The notes under the pieces are model-generated. The model was not told the DNA's origin. It worked only from the letters and a program-made list of their open reading frames with translations, and did not search any database. The translations under genes were made by a program, and so were the position numbers. From contig JASCQW010000098.1 in NCBI GenBank assembly GCA_030264375.1, positions 36,158,344-36,222,343 of the forward strand: a DNA stretch of 64,000 nucleotides, in the 5' to 3' direction. This document shows positions 36,591-48,655 of the stretch, one piece after another; the first letter of the stretch is position 1, and the number at the start of each line of letters is the position of its first letter. The stretch comes from Carcharhinus longimanus. Taxonomy: Eukaryota.

Positions 36591-38087
36591 AAAATCTTAA
36601 AACCTCATCAGAACCTCTAAGACTTTCACTAACTATTTAAAATCTGACGATCAAAATTCAACCTCATGTTATCATTAGGTCCAAATCAAGAAGTCTCCTT
36701 CCAAATGGCACAGAATGGAATTGTCCAGCTGAAATACAAATTAACAGCCAATAAAACTTGCTTTGCCTAGTGAAACACAAAGATACTCCCAAACTCAGAT
36801 TTGCTCTCTTCTACCAAAGTCTTTTTAGTATTCCACATGGGAACAAAAATTAAGATGCATGAATACAACAGGCTCTTGAAAAGTCAACGAAAAGGAACCA
36901 TCTTGCACTGGCAGGAATTTCTTGTACTTCCCCATTTCCACAATCTCCTCAATATCGAACGTAAAAGTCTTTTTATGAAAGATTCTGCATTTGATACTGC
37001 ATCTTCTTCCCATTTCCTGAGACCAGCTGGATATTACTGGGATCATGGTGGGAAATGGCTGGCTTGGATACTGAAGATCAGACCAGTTATACTGGGTAAG
37101 AAGCAGCACTCAGAAATATAGTTAACAGAGCGCTGCAAGAACAATGTGCTATGTTTATCTTTACCCCTCTCATGGAGTGTGAGACCAAAGCCAGTGCCTG
37201 AAAGATGGCTGCATCAAAAGCGCTCTGTTTTCCTTTCAGATAACCTCAGCCCTACCAATCCTCCTGCGTTCTGTTGCGACTCAGCATGTTCCTGTCTGTG
37301 GCACAAATAGATGAAAGAAACAATCTCAAAGCGAGCTTAATCCAACCGAATAGCTGCTGCTGGGCCAGGAGTTAAAAAAAAACTAACCAGCCCATGGTAC
37401 AATCTAGAGCGTTAGGCATACAGGACTTCAATAAAGCAGCAAATTAAATCTACCTTTTTCATATTACACACAATGAATGAGCAAGAACTGAGCAGCTTTT
37501 CTTTACCATCCTCCAATCCAAGCCAAAAAACAGGCCTTTTATATATCCTAATCCCAGCCTTCTCTTATGGAGTAAAATGCTCAACAGCTCTAAACACTGC
37601 TTCTCTCCTTTCCTTTTCAAATTACAATGATAGATGTGTCAGTTTGGACATGAACAAAATCTATATGTTGCCTTGGCAACTCCTGGTTCCCGCTTATATT
37701 TTGTATATAAAATGGGTGCATTTGCTGTATTATTAATCAGAAAGGAATGGATTGGTAGTTTGCTTTAGAAACGATCAGATTACTACAGCTGATGTCTTTG
37801 TGACTGTTTATTTCAATCGTGCTAGATCCGGCTCTTTCTATTCAGGCCTTTGATTTACATTACAGCTCCAATCTGCAGTGTAATCCTTTCATTGTCAATT
37901 ACTTGAGGGCTGATTTCCTTTTAAATAGAAGATGATTGTGTTATGGCTTTCTCCTAATTTTCGATTCCACACTTAAAAAAGTCTCTGAAGAAAACACATA
38001 GATGCATCAGCAAACAAACACTTAAATGTGTCAAAAAGAGTCAAATCTATATCTAAAGCTTTTATATCAAAAAGGGAAATATGGTCA

Positions 38088-38400
38088 TGATGGATGAAAG
38101 GTCATCAAACTGGAACACTTATTTTGTTTCTCTCCTCTCAGACACTGCTTAGCCTGCTGAGTATTTACAGCCTATTTTTCTTTTAAATTTCCAAATTCCA
38201 TAGTGTTTTGCTTTTGTGTTGGGAGAAAGATGCGCAAGTTTGGTGGATTAGCCATGCTAAATTGCCCCTTAGTGTCCAAAGATGGTAAGGTAGATTGGGT
38301 AAGGTAAGGGTGAGGGGTAGGTCTTGGTTATATGCTCTTTCAGCGAGTCAGTGCAGACTTGATGGGCTGAGCAGCCTCCTTCTGCACTACAGCGATTCTA
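38088..38400 (+). mobile_element. Penelope-like fragment (38088-38220) abutting an HE1 SINE 3' half (38226-38400)
   Basis: gatgaaaggtcatcaaactggaaca...cctgctgagtattt, then ggattagccatgctaaattgccccttagtgtcc...cctccttctgcactac. Confidence 0.6.
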
Positions 38401-41400
38401 TGGAGAACACGATGCAGTATTACTTCTGGCGAACATACTTTTTAAATTCTCAACTCCAGTTAAACAGAAAAATACAGTGCAATGAACTGCCTTATGATAA
38501 TTTGAATCTAAGCATACTGGCTGAGAAAACATGTCTATCAAGAAACTATTACAGTTTAACTCTCAGCAGTTAGGGAAACCTGTTTGTCAACTCTTCACTC
38601 TGCAGGTTTTCCATATAAATATCATTCTTTGAGATGCAAAACCTCAACAGAAGGTTTGTGATACAAACATGCATCACGACTGTCCAATTTGAGGTAAAGC
38701 CTCAACTTTATTGCAATAACTCAGAGGTTTCTCTAACTTTTCTACCTAAGCTCAAAATTAGCCAACATCAAGACTGTTTTTGATTGACCTAACTTCCATG
38801 AAGCCGCAATTACTTTTGTTACTTCCCTCATTTGCAAACTAAAAGAAATTAAAGAATGATCTACACCCACATTCCTTCAACGTTACATAATTTCAATCAA
38901 CAGTTCGATGCATAAATCATATTGAAATCGCTCCACATAAAAGCAGACTAGCAGGTTGTCTTTCCAATAAAAGCTCAACTGTCAAGACTCAAATCTTGCA
39001 AATGGACTCATTTTCACCCCTTAATACATATTGTACTGTCAGGCAGATCTCTAAGTGCACTGCCTTTCTCACAATTGATCTGGAGGTAGGTAGGATTGAG
39101 AAATAGATTGCATATTTGCCAAAATTAAAATTCCTCGGGGGTTAAGCATGAAGGTGGAGTGTAAAAGTGTGAAGACAGGCTTCTCGTGACTTTTTTTGCT
39201 TTAAGGCAGCTAAACCTTCTGCATTCTCATGCAATTTTACAGACAAGAACATAGCACAAATACGATAACAATGTGACTGCTGTTAGCCAGTACAGATTCA
39301 TCTTGTTATACTCTTAATTGGTATTTACGGCTTTGTTTCACATTTCCTGCTGATTTACATGCTCAGTACTTTGTGGCAATTTATTTTTACTAAATTATTG
39401 GTTTCTTCATCAGAGTGCAACAACTTAAAATTCTCCTGACAATAACACATCAGACTGGTTCTAATAAGCATAGCAGCACTTTTAAAAATCAGATACAAAT
39501 CTGCAGAATTCAAGACGTGTTAATCAATTTGTGAACACTAAAGATATGAGGACAACAGTGTACTGTTCTATGTCTATTCACCCGCCCCTCCTATCACATG
39601 TTACTGTCACCCCTGGAGAGTCAAATGCACCATTATTTTGCAGGAGCTTACATCCTGGATAATGGTGGTTCCTACTGGAATTAAAGATTTCCCATAAAAG
39701 AAAACAAGGATCATACTTCTATGAGTTCAATTTATCCATAGAGTATACAAATTGTTTCACAGAATATTGTAAAAATATACATAAGGTGCATATACTTATT
39801 GTACCACATGACAGCAAATTTCTACTGTTTTAGTATTTAAGGAAAGAAAAAGTCCTGATATAAATGCAAGTTCTGTGGCCAATTCCAAATGCAATCAATA
39901 TACAGCTGCTTATCTACAAATGTTTAATACATTGAGATTAGTTGGTATCGTTCAATGATCAGTATGAAAGGACTCATCAGTCCTATTTGATGTAAAACTG
40001 CTTGACACAAGAATAATCCCTAGAGGTAATTAACAGAGGTTTCCCCAATGAGCCTACACATTCTCTCAAGATATTGCTGTATGAATGTGTAGCATATTAT
40101 ATCAAAGCCAATCAAGTTTTAAAAAAAGCATGAACATGCTTATTTTATACAATGTAATGTCTCCCTTAATGTTGCATAAAGATGAATTTGTTGCAAGCCC
40201 ATGTTAAGTGTCTGTATAATTTTACCCAAGATCATTCCCAGGCTCGTGTGTCTTCAGTTGTCACGATGCATGAGGTAGTTTCCGCTTTTAAAATCTGGTT
40301 ATGTCAATGTATTCCTTGTACAATGATGCTCTTGAACTTGAATCAATTTATTAATTGAACTTGGATATGTTGGTTCATTAAGAGAAAAGATTGGTCTCAG
40401 CAATAATTAGAATTTGAGAATTGGAACTTGTATTTAATTAAGATAACAAAGGAAGGATCTTTCTCAAGTATAAGGAAGCAAATTAATTTTTAAACAACAT
40501 TTGGTTCCAAAGATCCTGAACCACTGGATTTTTAAAATGGTTTTAAAGAATTATTTTTCCGGAAAACTTTATTATACTGACAAAATTGAGTTTACATGTC
40601 TCTACCTACACCAAAGAAGCTACCTATAGGTTATTATGGATAAAATGTGATCATTTAAATTGGTTACTGAAGGAAATTTTTTTCAAGCATCATGCCAGAT
40701 AATCTGATCTCTGCTCTTCTCAAACTTTTCCAACAGGGACTTTTATGGGACCCTGGCTCTTTATCCTCCCTAACTCAGGGAAACAGAAACTAATGATCAC
40801 ATTCCAGTGTTACCTCAAATCACATCTCTTGACATTTTAATCACAATGTTGCATTTATCTACTGAATCAAGTCACCAAATGTGTTTGACAATGTAACAAT
40901 ATTAAAAATGACACTGCATTGTGGGAAAACTGCCTTTCTGAATTAACAGTAAGCATAATAGCCAGGAATGAATCATTTGGGCTACTTAATCTTGGCCAAG
41001 AACTGAGAATATGTTCATTGAAATCAAATCAAATCTCAGTATTTCATCCTGCCATCAAATAGCCACATCAGTGCACAGCATACTCTAGTTTAAATTATGC
41101 CTGTGAATTTTGAAGGCCTCAATAATACAGATGCTGATGGGCTTTCAAAATGCAAATGGAATAACTTGTCATCGAAGAGCTGTCCTTTCTCTGAAAAGTG
41201 ACATGCTTTTTAATGAAGTTAAATCCACTGCCTGGCCATTCAGGGTATGTGAGCATAAAGCACAGTCTTCCATCTCAGTACCAGTGTCGGCATTTGCATT
41301 TCTCATGCTCTGTGTGCCATGAGCTGCTACTGCCTGGTCGCTATCCCCGACCTCCATGGAGACTAATGGCTGGGATATTATGTCTAAAATAATGACGAGT

Positions 41401-44400
41401 CTTTTTTCTTTGCGGTTAGGATTATTATGATGTAAACCTGGATCCTGTCCAGAATCTGCTTTTATCGAAAAATATCAAGGGTGTTGCCCCTACCTTTGAT
41501 GATTTGAACTAAACAGACAGGCTGAGGTAAAATGTGCTGTGCACAGGCAATTGGTAGAAATTATATTTTACTCGCGTCTCTTTGAATTGCTTTTAGATAG
41601 AAAACACAATTGTGGCGGTGAAATTCACAGAGCAAATAACAACCTTCTCCAACATCCTCTAAGTACACTATTTATGACAGGAATTAGAAAAAAACATCTT
41701 TTACTGAGGTAGTCAAGCCAGATTCAAAAGAAATCCCACTAATGGTATCTGTACAGCTTCTCTCAAATCTCCTCTTAAAAGCACACTATAATCCCTAAAG
41801 ATGCCAATGATTTACCATTTTATTTTAATTTTCTGAAATTATGAATAATTATAGTTCACCATGTCCTGTTGTTTGGTCAGAAGAGATTGGTTTGGTCCCT
41901 GCATTTTTCTTTCTTAATCTACCACCTGCTGGCCTGTAAAACTTCCATCGATAAGGGAAATTTGAAACAAGGATTTGTGATAGTAAAAGCGACATCCTTC
42001 TTTATCAATTCCACCCCCCACCCCCACGCGTAGGAAAGGTATAAGTACTATAGAAAAGGTACAACAGGGAATTATACCAGAAAGAAGAGGTTATCATTAA
42101 AAATTGGGGCCTTTTGCATTGGCACAGGAAAGGGGTCTGATAGAGGCATTCAGAATTACAAAGGGTTTAGAAAGAAGTGAATAATGAATGATTCATTTTA
42201 CTAATTGGCAGATGGATAACAAGGAAGGAGAAACTCAAGAATATCAATGAAAGATCAAAAAAGGCAAGCAACAAGTATATTTCTATTTTAAAGATTATCA
42301 TTAGAACATGAATACCTTAGCAACTATTGAAATATAGATTCCAATATTAAGAGAGTTGGATAAGAATTTGGAAAGAAAAAATGAAAAGATTATAAGGAAA
42401 GGACCAGGAAAATTAGATGAAAATGGATAGCTCCAGTTGAACACATAGTAAGTGGCCTGAGTGACCTCCATGTATGCTGTAATTTGCATTGTTCTAAAGT
42501 CGATACAATAATATGGTCTGTTTCAGTATATTATGAACACAGGTTGAACAGAATACCTAGCTAGCATGTTGATCAAATCATCTGCATTAAGCAGCAATGA
42601 AAAGGTGAATGAAAAATATAAATCTTTCTATGGTTATGTATAAGCAGTACACCTACACCAGAAAAAATAACTTTTTTGTGCACTTGTGTATCTGGATAAT
42701 GTTACTAGTTGAACAATTCCAACTTAAGGAGTTTCTGCCCATTTTCTGAGGATTTAAAGCATCAGTGTTGTTGTAAAAATGAGAAAGCAACAGTAATTGG
42801 AGGGTGCTAAGTGTGTTTATTATGCCTTCTGTATAAGTAAACCCCCTGATGCAAACCACAAACGCTGTATAGTTCTCTCTACTACAATTGGCATTGACTG
42901 TCAGCACTGGTGAATAAGCAGAAAACAATACCCTTGCCACTGTGATAAGGCAGTTAAGTTTATGATGAAATGGGATTGAAGTGAAGTAATATAATTCTGG
43001 GACATAATGATAAATAATTATTGTAAACCCTTGAGTAATATTGAAACCTATTTCACATTTTTTGGAAAGTGGAAATTTGTTTGAATTAATTTTAAATACA
43101 CTATTTCACTATTTGTGGAATAAATGACCTGATTATATCATTGATTGAAAATGTGAATTATCTTTCCAACTCTTTTGAGTTCCAAGAGAGTTATGGAGAT
43201 AACAATTGAGTTTAGGGAATAAGGATCTTATAAGTTACATGTATTACTGAATTTAACTATAATTGATCCATGCTTCCTGTAATTACAGCAGAAGCACTGG
43301 AGTAACATTACATCAAGCTAGCAAAAATTCCTTCCTGATGAGCAAACAAGCAATGAACCTGTACTTGTGCAAATGCTCCATCTAAACCAGTGTATTTATG
43401 AACAGGATGCTCATTAATCTCAACATACTACATGGACATTCTCTGGTGGGATTTTATTGCATCAAACCAATGAGCTGTAGAAAATTATCAGTTCCCTGCA
43501 ATGTATGAAGACACTCTGACTCATTACAATGCAGACTGCAGATCTGACAAGCCTGCCCTTGTCAGACAGTTTTAAGTGCCACCTTGGATCAGGCCCTTGT
43601 AAACAGATGCACAACACAGTGAAAATACAATAACTTCAAAGCAAAATTTGACTCTCCTTAAATTGGCCAACTTCAAGTTGAATATATTGCATCAGGTTTC
43701 AATTCATCACTTTGTATCATCAACTGCCCCATTTAATCAAAGTGCCTTTACTCCCATCTCCAATTTTTTAATAAGTAATCAACAGAAGGGTCTTTTTCAT
43801 GACACTATGATTTTGTTTTCTCCTGAACTGGCAGTGGTGTTCGTGGAGATTAGTCATTAATCTTGGAGATTCCAGAGAAATCCTAGCAGGCTGGCTACTC
43901 TGTATATATTAAGATACCTGGTCCATAATGGTTATGCTTTGAACAAAGCCATCAACCACTCATAAGTCTGAGTCTCAAAAATCTCTAAACCCAATAAGGA
44001 AATATTGGTGATGCATCATCAGGTGCAACATTCCAATTATCCTGATGGGAAATTATTGATTTAGATTGTAAAATTGTCTCAGAATGCTTTGTACAATCTG
44101 ACCCCGGTAAGGAAGACGATTGTTCAGCCCCCAACCCCTGGTCTATGTTGTGGGAAATACGTTGATTTTCAGAAATAAGAAAAATGTCAAAAACCAAGAA
44201 GTATATATAAGAAAAGCTACGACAGCTACCGACTGAGATTTCGGTGAAAGGGTCTGCTGCTTTAAACATCAGGAGTGACCTCTGTAAGGATTGGAAAGGT
44301 CTGCATCTCTTCCCCACCTCCTCATGAACTAAAATGCGGCGCTTCAGAAATAAACCTTATCGTCCGCCTGGAATTTCCGTTCATTTTTATCAGAAGTCCT

Positions 44401-47400
44401 TCAAATTTGAAAAAAAATTAATACCAGAGTTCCTAATTTGTTAATATTAGGAGTTTTTTTTTGGTTCTAACTTGAGTACGCCAATTAGACTAAGTTCAGT
44501 TTGAATGAGTTTCAAGTTTATTTGTTTTATATGTATTGTCAGGAACCGCGCCAGTGGTACATCAACATGACTATATAAAGTTCAAGGGTTTATTAAACAT
44601 CCATGGGCATGTGTTGAGACACGCAAAGGCGCCAGGGCGCAACATGAATACTCATTTTAACCGCAAAATATTAATGCAGGCCAAGATTTGAATTTCGCAA
44701 ACAGGATGCAAGGTTCCAATCACACGCCGTTCGCAAAATTCCTGGGTGAAAGAGTTTTGTGTTATTTATTTTTAAGAAGAATTGGAAAATGTTCTCAGGT
44801 TTACCGCAAGCACCATTTGCTCTGCACGGCTCCCTTATTTGCCATGACCATGGTCATTTTCAGATCCAAACCGTTCCAACAACACGCTGTAACTAAAATG
44901 TTTCATTTCGCACAGGATGCCCCCGGGTACTTGTGCAATGCTCCACTGCCTCAAGCACGTTCCGCATCAGACTTTAATTTGTCTCTATTTGATGATTATG
45001 GCTCTGGTTTATATTTCTTTCACCATCCAGTATAGGTATTAACCCAGTTACCTGTTGCTGCTGTCTCTTAGGGAGATTGTGACTGTGCTCGCTTGGAGAG
45101 ATAGCTGGAGAAAGATTCATTCAAATCTTCTCGCAACTTTCTTCCTTCTAGTGGCTGCTGACGGGGTTACTTCGATAATCTGTTTTCTCAGAGTTGTTGA
45201 AAGTTAAGACTTGAGTACTTACATGGTCCGGGAAAATAGCTATAGTTTTCAAAGAGCGGTTAGTAGGAGAGTGAGAAATGTATCCCCCTCCCTATTATTC
45301 TCAAATCGATTCTCCAATCCAACAAACGTAGTTAGCACTTGTATTATGTTCTTAAAATTTAAATTGACCATTCCTTCCCCACCTCCCCCCCCCCCCAACC
45401 CTACCGAGCAAAAAAGTTCNNNNNNNNNNNNNNNNNNNNNNNNNNNNNNNNNNNNNNNNNNNNNNNNNNNNNNNNNNNNNNNNNNNNNNNNNNNNNNNNN
45501 NNNNNNNNNNNNNNNNNNNNNNNNNNNNNNNNNNNNNNNNNNNNNNNNNNNNNNNNNNNNNNNNNNNNNNNNNNNNNNNNNNNNNNNNNNNNNNNNNNNN
45601 NNNNNNNNNNNNNNNNNNNNNNNNNNNNNNNNNNNNNNNNNNNNNNNNNNNNNNNNNNNNNNNNNNNNNNNNNNNNNNNNNNNNNNNNNNNNNNNNNNNN
45701 NNNNNNNNNNNNNNNNNNNNNNNNNNNNNNNNNNNNNNNNNNNNNNNNNNNNNNNNNNNNNNNNNNNNNNNNNNNNNNNNNNNNNNNNNNNNNNNNNNNN
45801 NNNNNNNNTCTGCACTTGACCGAGTTCAGAAGCAAGAAAAAAGTTATACTTAGGACTTGAGAATTTGGTAACAAGGGAATATTTTCCCACTTTATTGAAT
45901 AAGCTGTTACTAACTGTCATAAAACACGCTGCAAGTGCTTTAAAAATCTCCGTCTGGCGCTTTAAGATTCATGATGAAAATGCAAAAAATCATCAACCGA
46001 TAAAACTACCTCGGAAAATTCCCTATTAACTTTAAATGCTGATGGGGTGAGTCACTCTTTTGAAAGTATCAGGTCTGAAAAAAAAGGTGGAGGCAAAACT
46101 GGGCTTATTTAGATTTGTCATCAAGTTTTTTTTATCTTGCCCTGCTTTTTTTGGTAGCTGGGACACTCTATTTAGTTTAACACTTTAAACAAACATTTGC
46201 TCAGTGAATTCCAACCGAAAAGGTTTAACACAGCTCGCCAGAAGAGGCTGGATCACGGACAAAACACTTCACGGGCCAACACGATTTTAGCTGTTTGCCT
46301 TTCCTTCCAGGCGTTGGAATGATAGAGTGCTAACAGGAATCTAAAAGGCTCATTCATAGGGGTGGGAGCAGCCTGGGCTGACAGCGGGACAGGTTTGGGG
46401 ATTCACATTAGAATTTTTAGTTTGGTTTTACATTTTCTTTGAGTGGGGTGGGGGTTCATTTTTTTTGCTTCCTTTTAGCACTTGCACCAATTACGTTCGC
46501 AGCAGCTTCAGTCGCTGGAAGGGGGATTTTTGGGTTGAGTGGACAGGAGGGNNNNNNNNNNNTTGATTACTATTCAATGCCTTCATTTCCAAACGCGTGT
46601 GCCTCCCGTGCAGGACTGATAAGACAGCTTGCTCCGCACTCGGTGTTTCTGTACCAACTTTTAACCTGAGGATTTGGGGGTAATTCGGGGCTTGTGGAAC
46701 TGATTTGATTTGCTGCAGAGAATCGCCTTACGGGTTAAAGAGAAAAACTTGGCCAAAGCCTCCAGGTTTATTGCTGGTTGCGGAGTCTTGTCCACCACAC
46801 TGACAGGTAGAGTCGCTTTATCCCCCCACCGCCTCGCCACCCCCCCGACCAACATTAGTACAATCTCCCACTAACGTCAACTGCTCCTCTCTATCTGACT
46901 GCTTGCTCATGCTGGGATTCAGACCCGCGTCTTTTGAGGCTTCCCCCCGCCACAACCTCCCCCCAGGAAGAGCACCACACGGTTCCTATTGCAACCCTCC
47001 TGGTCACCTCCATATTCCTGCTCTCCCAGCCCGGGCTCGCCAGAGAGAGAGACAGACTGGATCCATATGGATACCAGCTTCTCTTTACTTCCCCAGCGCT
47101 CGTCACATCCCACCTGCCCTCACCACTCTGATATATATATATAAACTCAATGTATCAGAGCAGTCAGCTTTAAGCAACCTTGGTCTCGCGTTGAGAGCGC
47201 GGCCAAACAATTCATAGCTCAGTCCCCGAGATCCTTCTGTAATCGCGGCCCTCGGTATAAACAGCCATCTAACTGGGTACAACACTCTTTCCCCCCCCCC
47301 CCCACTCTCACTACAGCAGCCCCCTCCTCCTCCATTCTGATCACAGGAACTCCNNNNNNNNNNNNNNNNNNNNNNNNNNNNNNNNNNNNNNNNNNNNNNN

Positions 47401-47745
47401 NNNNNNNNNNNNNNNNNNNNNNNNNNNNNNNNNNNNNNNNNNNNNNNNNNNNNNNNNNNNNNNNNNNNNNNNNNNNNNNNNNNGGAGCCGCTCCCCCCCA
47501 CCCCTCGCCACCCGCCCCCCCCCCCACACACACACACACACAGATCCCAGGAGCCGCTTCTAAACTGTGAGGATGATCACACCTTTGTGATTACAGTAAC
47601 ACTGAGATATGTGGGGGGGGGTGGGGGGAGCTACGCTGTACAGTTGATTCCACCATGTACTGCGTTCTCTGTGTATATCACAAGAAATAAAACATCCAAA
47701 ACTGCAGGTGTTGAACCTGAACAAGACCATCAGCTGCTCACTTAC

Positions 47746-47864
47746 TTGGGATTTGAGGAATTCCAGTATATAGGTGCCAAAATTTCACAGTTTGATATTG
47801 CCATCCTGCATAAAGCGAACAAAACTCCCAAATAGTATTTCCAAAGCGAGTTCCTTATCGCCAT
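47746..47864 (-). CDS. efnb2: Ephrin-B2-like, coding exon 1 (signal peptide), 119 bp
   Basis: GACG-ATG-G strong Kozak at 47864. Encodes MAIRNSLWKYYLGVLFALCRMAISNCEILAPIYWNSSNP + AA|GTAAGT, closely resembling the tetrapod EFNB2 N-terminus (MAVRRDSVWKYCWGVLMVLCRTAISKSIVLEPIYWNSSN). Absent from the ORF track because it is short. Confidence 0.95.
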
Positions 47865-48463
47865 CGTCACCGATCACTTTGTCCAGTTGGAGATCGAAAT
47901 ATATCTTTACGGCTATCCTGGTGCTGGGTGGCCCCTCGCTCAATTGTCTGAACGGTATCCCTTTTTTTTTATTTTAACCAAAAGCGCACTTCTGATCCGA
48001 GACTGCCTGGCCGAAACTTGGGATGGACTCTCCGCTCGCTGTTGCTGCTGATCCGCTGAAGTAGTTGTCTGCAGAACGGAGGGGGAGAGAACTCGCCCTC
48101 ACACTCTTCCGATCGCCCTCCTCATTCCCCGTCCGCTCTGTTACTTTAAATCGCTGCAACTCTGTTTTTGTACCTTAGACACTTGCTTGCAACGCAGTCG
48201 GTAGAACGAGGCAAGAGGGGGAGAAAAAAAAACACAATCTCAGTGATGGCAAACCTTTCTTTCTTTCCTCGTTTAATGAATCGTTGTTGCTGGCGAAATA
48301 TGTCCAAGTGTGTCCGCTGGGATATTAAGCACAAGTGTGGAGCGATGTGTATGCACACCGCGCTCTATGCGTGTCTGTGTGTTATATATGTCTGTCTGTA
48401 AGTGTGGATATTTCTGTCTGGCTCAGCGATCCACTTAGCCACTTACACGGTCCAGGACGTGAT
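47865..48463 (-). other. efnb2: Putative 5' UTR of efnb2 (~600 nt)
   Basis: Lies between the predicted TATA-dependent TSS and the ATG; CpG-rich; only one upstream ATG seen on the minus strand. Confidence 0.5.
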
Positions 48464-48655
48464 GAGGCAGCGCTTTGCAGGAACCTTATATACCAGCCAG
48501 CCACCAGCTGGGGGAATACCGAAACAGCCTTCCATTGGCTCAGACAGCCACCTGCAGCCTGACTGACAGGCACATTTGCATTCTCATTGGTCCCCGGAGC
48601 TGTCTATCAAAGCCTCCCCACAACCCCCTCTCCATTGTTATTACATTGGCCTGAA
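48455..48655 (-). promoter_or_regulatory. Putative core/proximal promoter: TATA box, three CCAAT boxes, octamer and SOX motifs
   Basis: TATATAAG at 48492-48485; CCAAT at 48538-48534, 48590-48586 and 48649-48645, all in gene orientation; ATTTGCAT at 48574-48581; CATTGTT at 48633-48639. Confidence 0.6.

Larger units (their letters stand above)
14711..47745 (-). other. efnb2: Intron 1 of the ephrin-B gene (~33 kb, GT-AG, phase 2)
   Basis: Canonical GTAAGT donor and pyrimidine-rich AG acceptor join the two exons in frame (NSSNP-K-FLP). Length is approximate because of N gaps. Confidence 0.9.

Noticed and set aside
47974-48159. 61-aa uORF from the ORF track
   Set aside because: It starts at TTG, not ATG, and has no other support.
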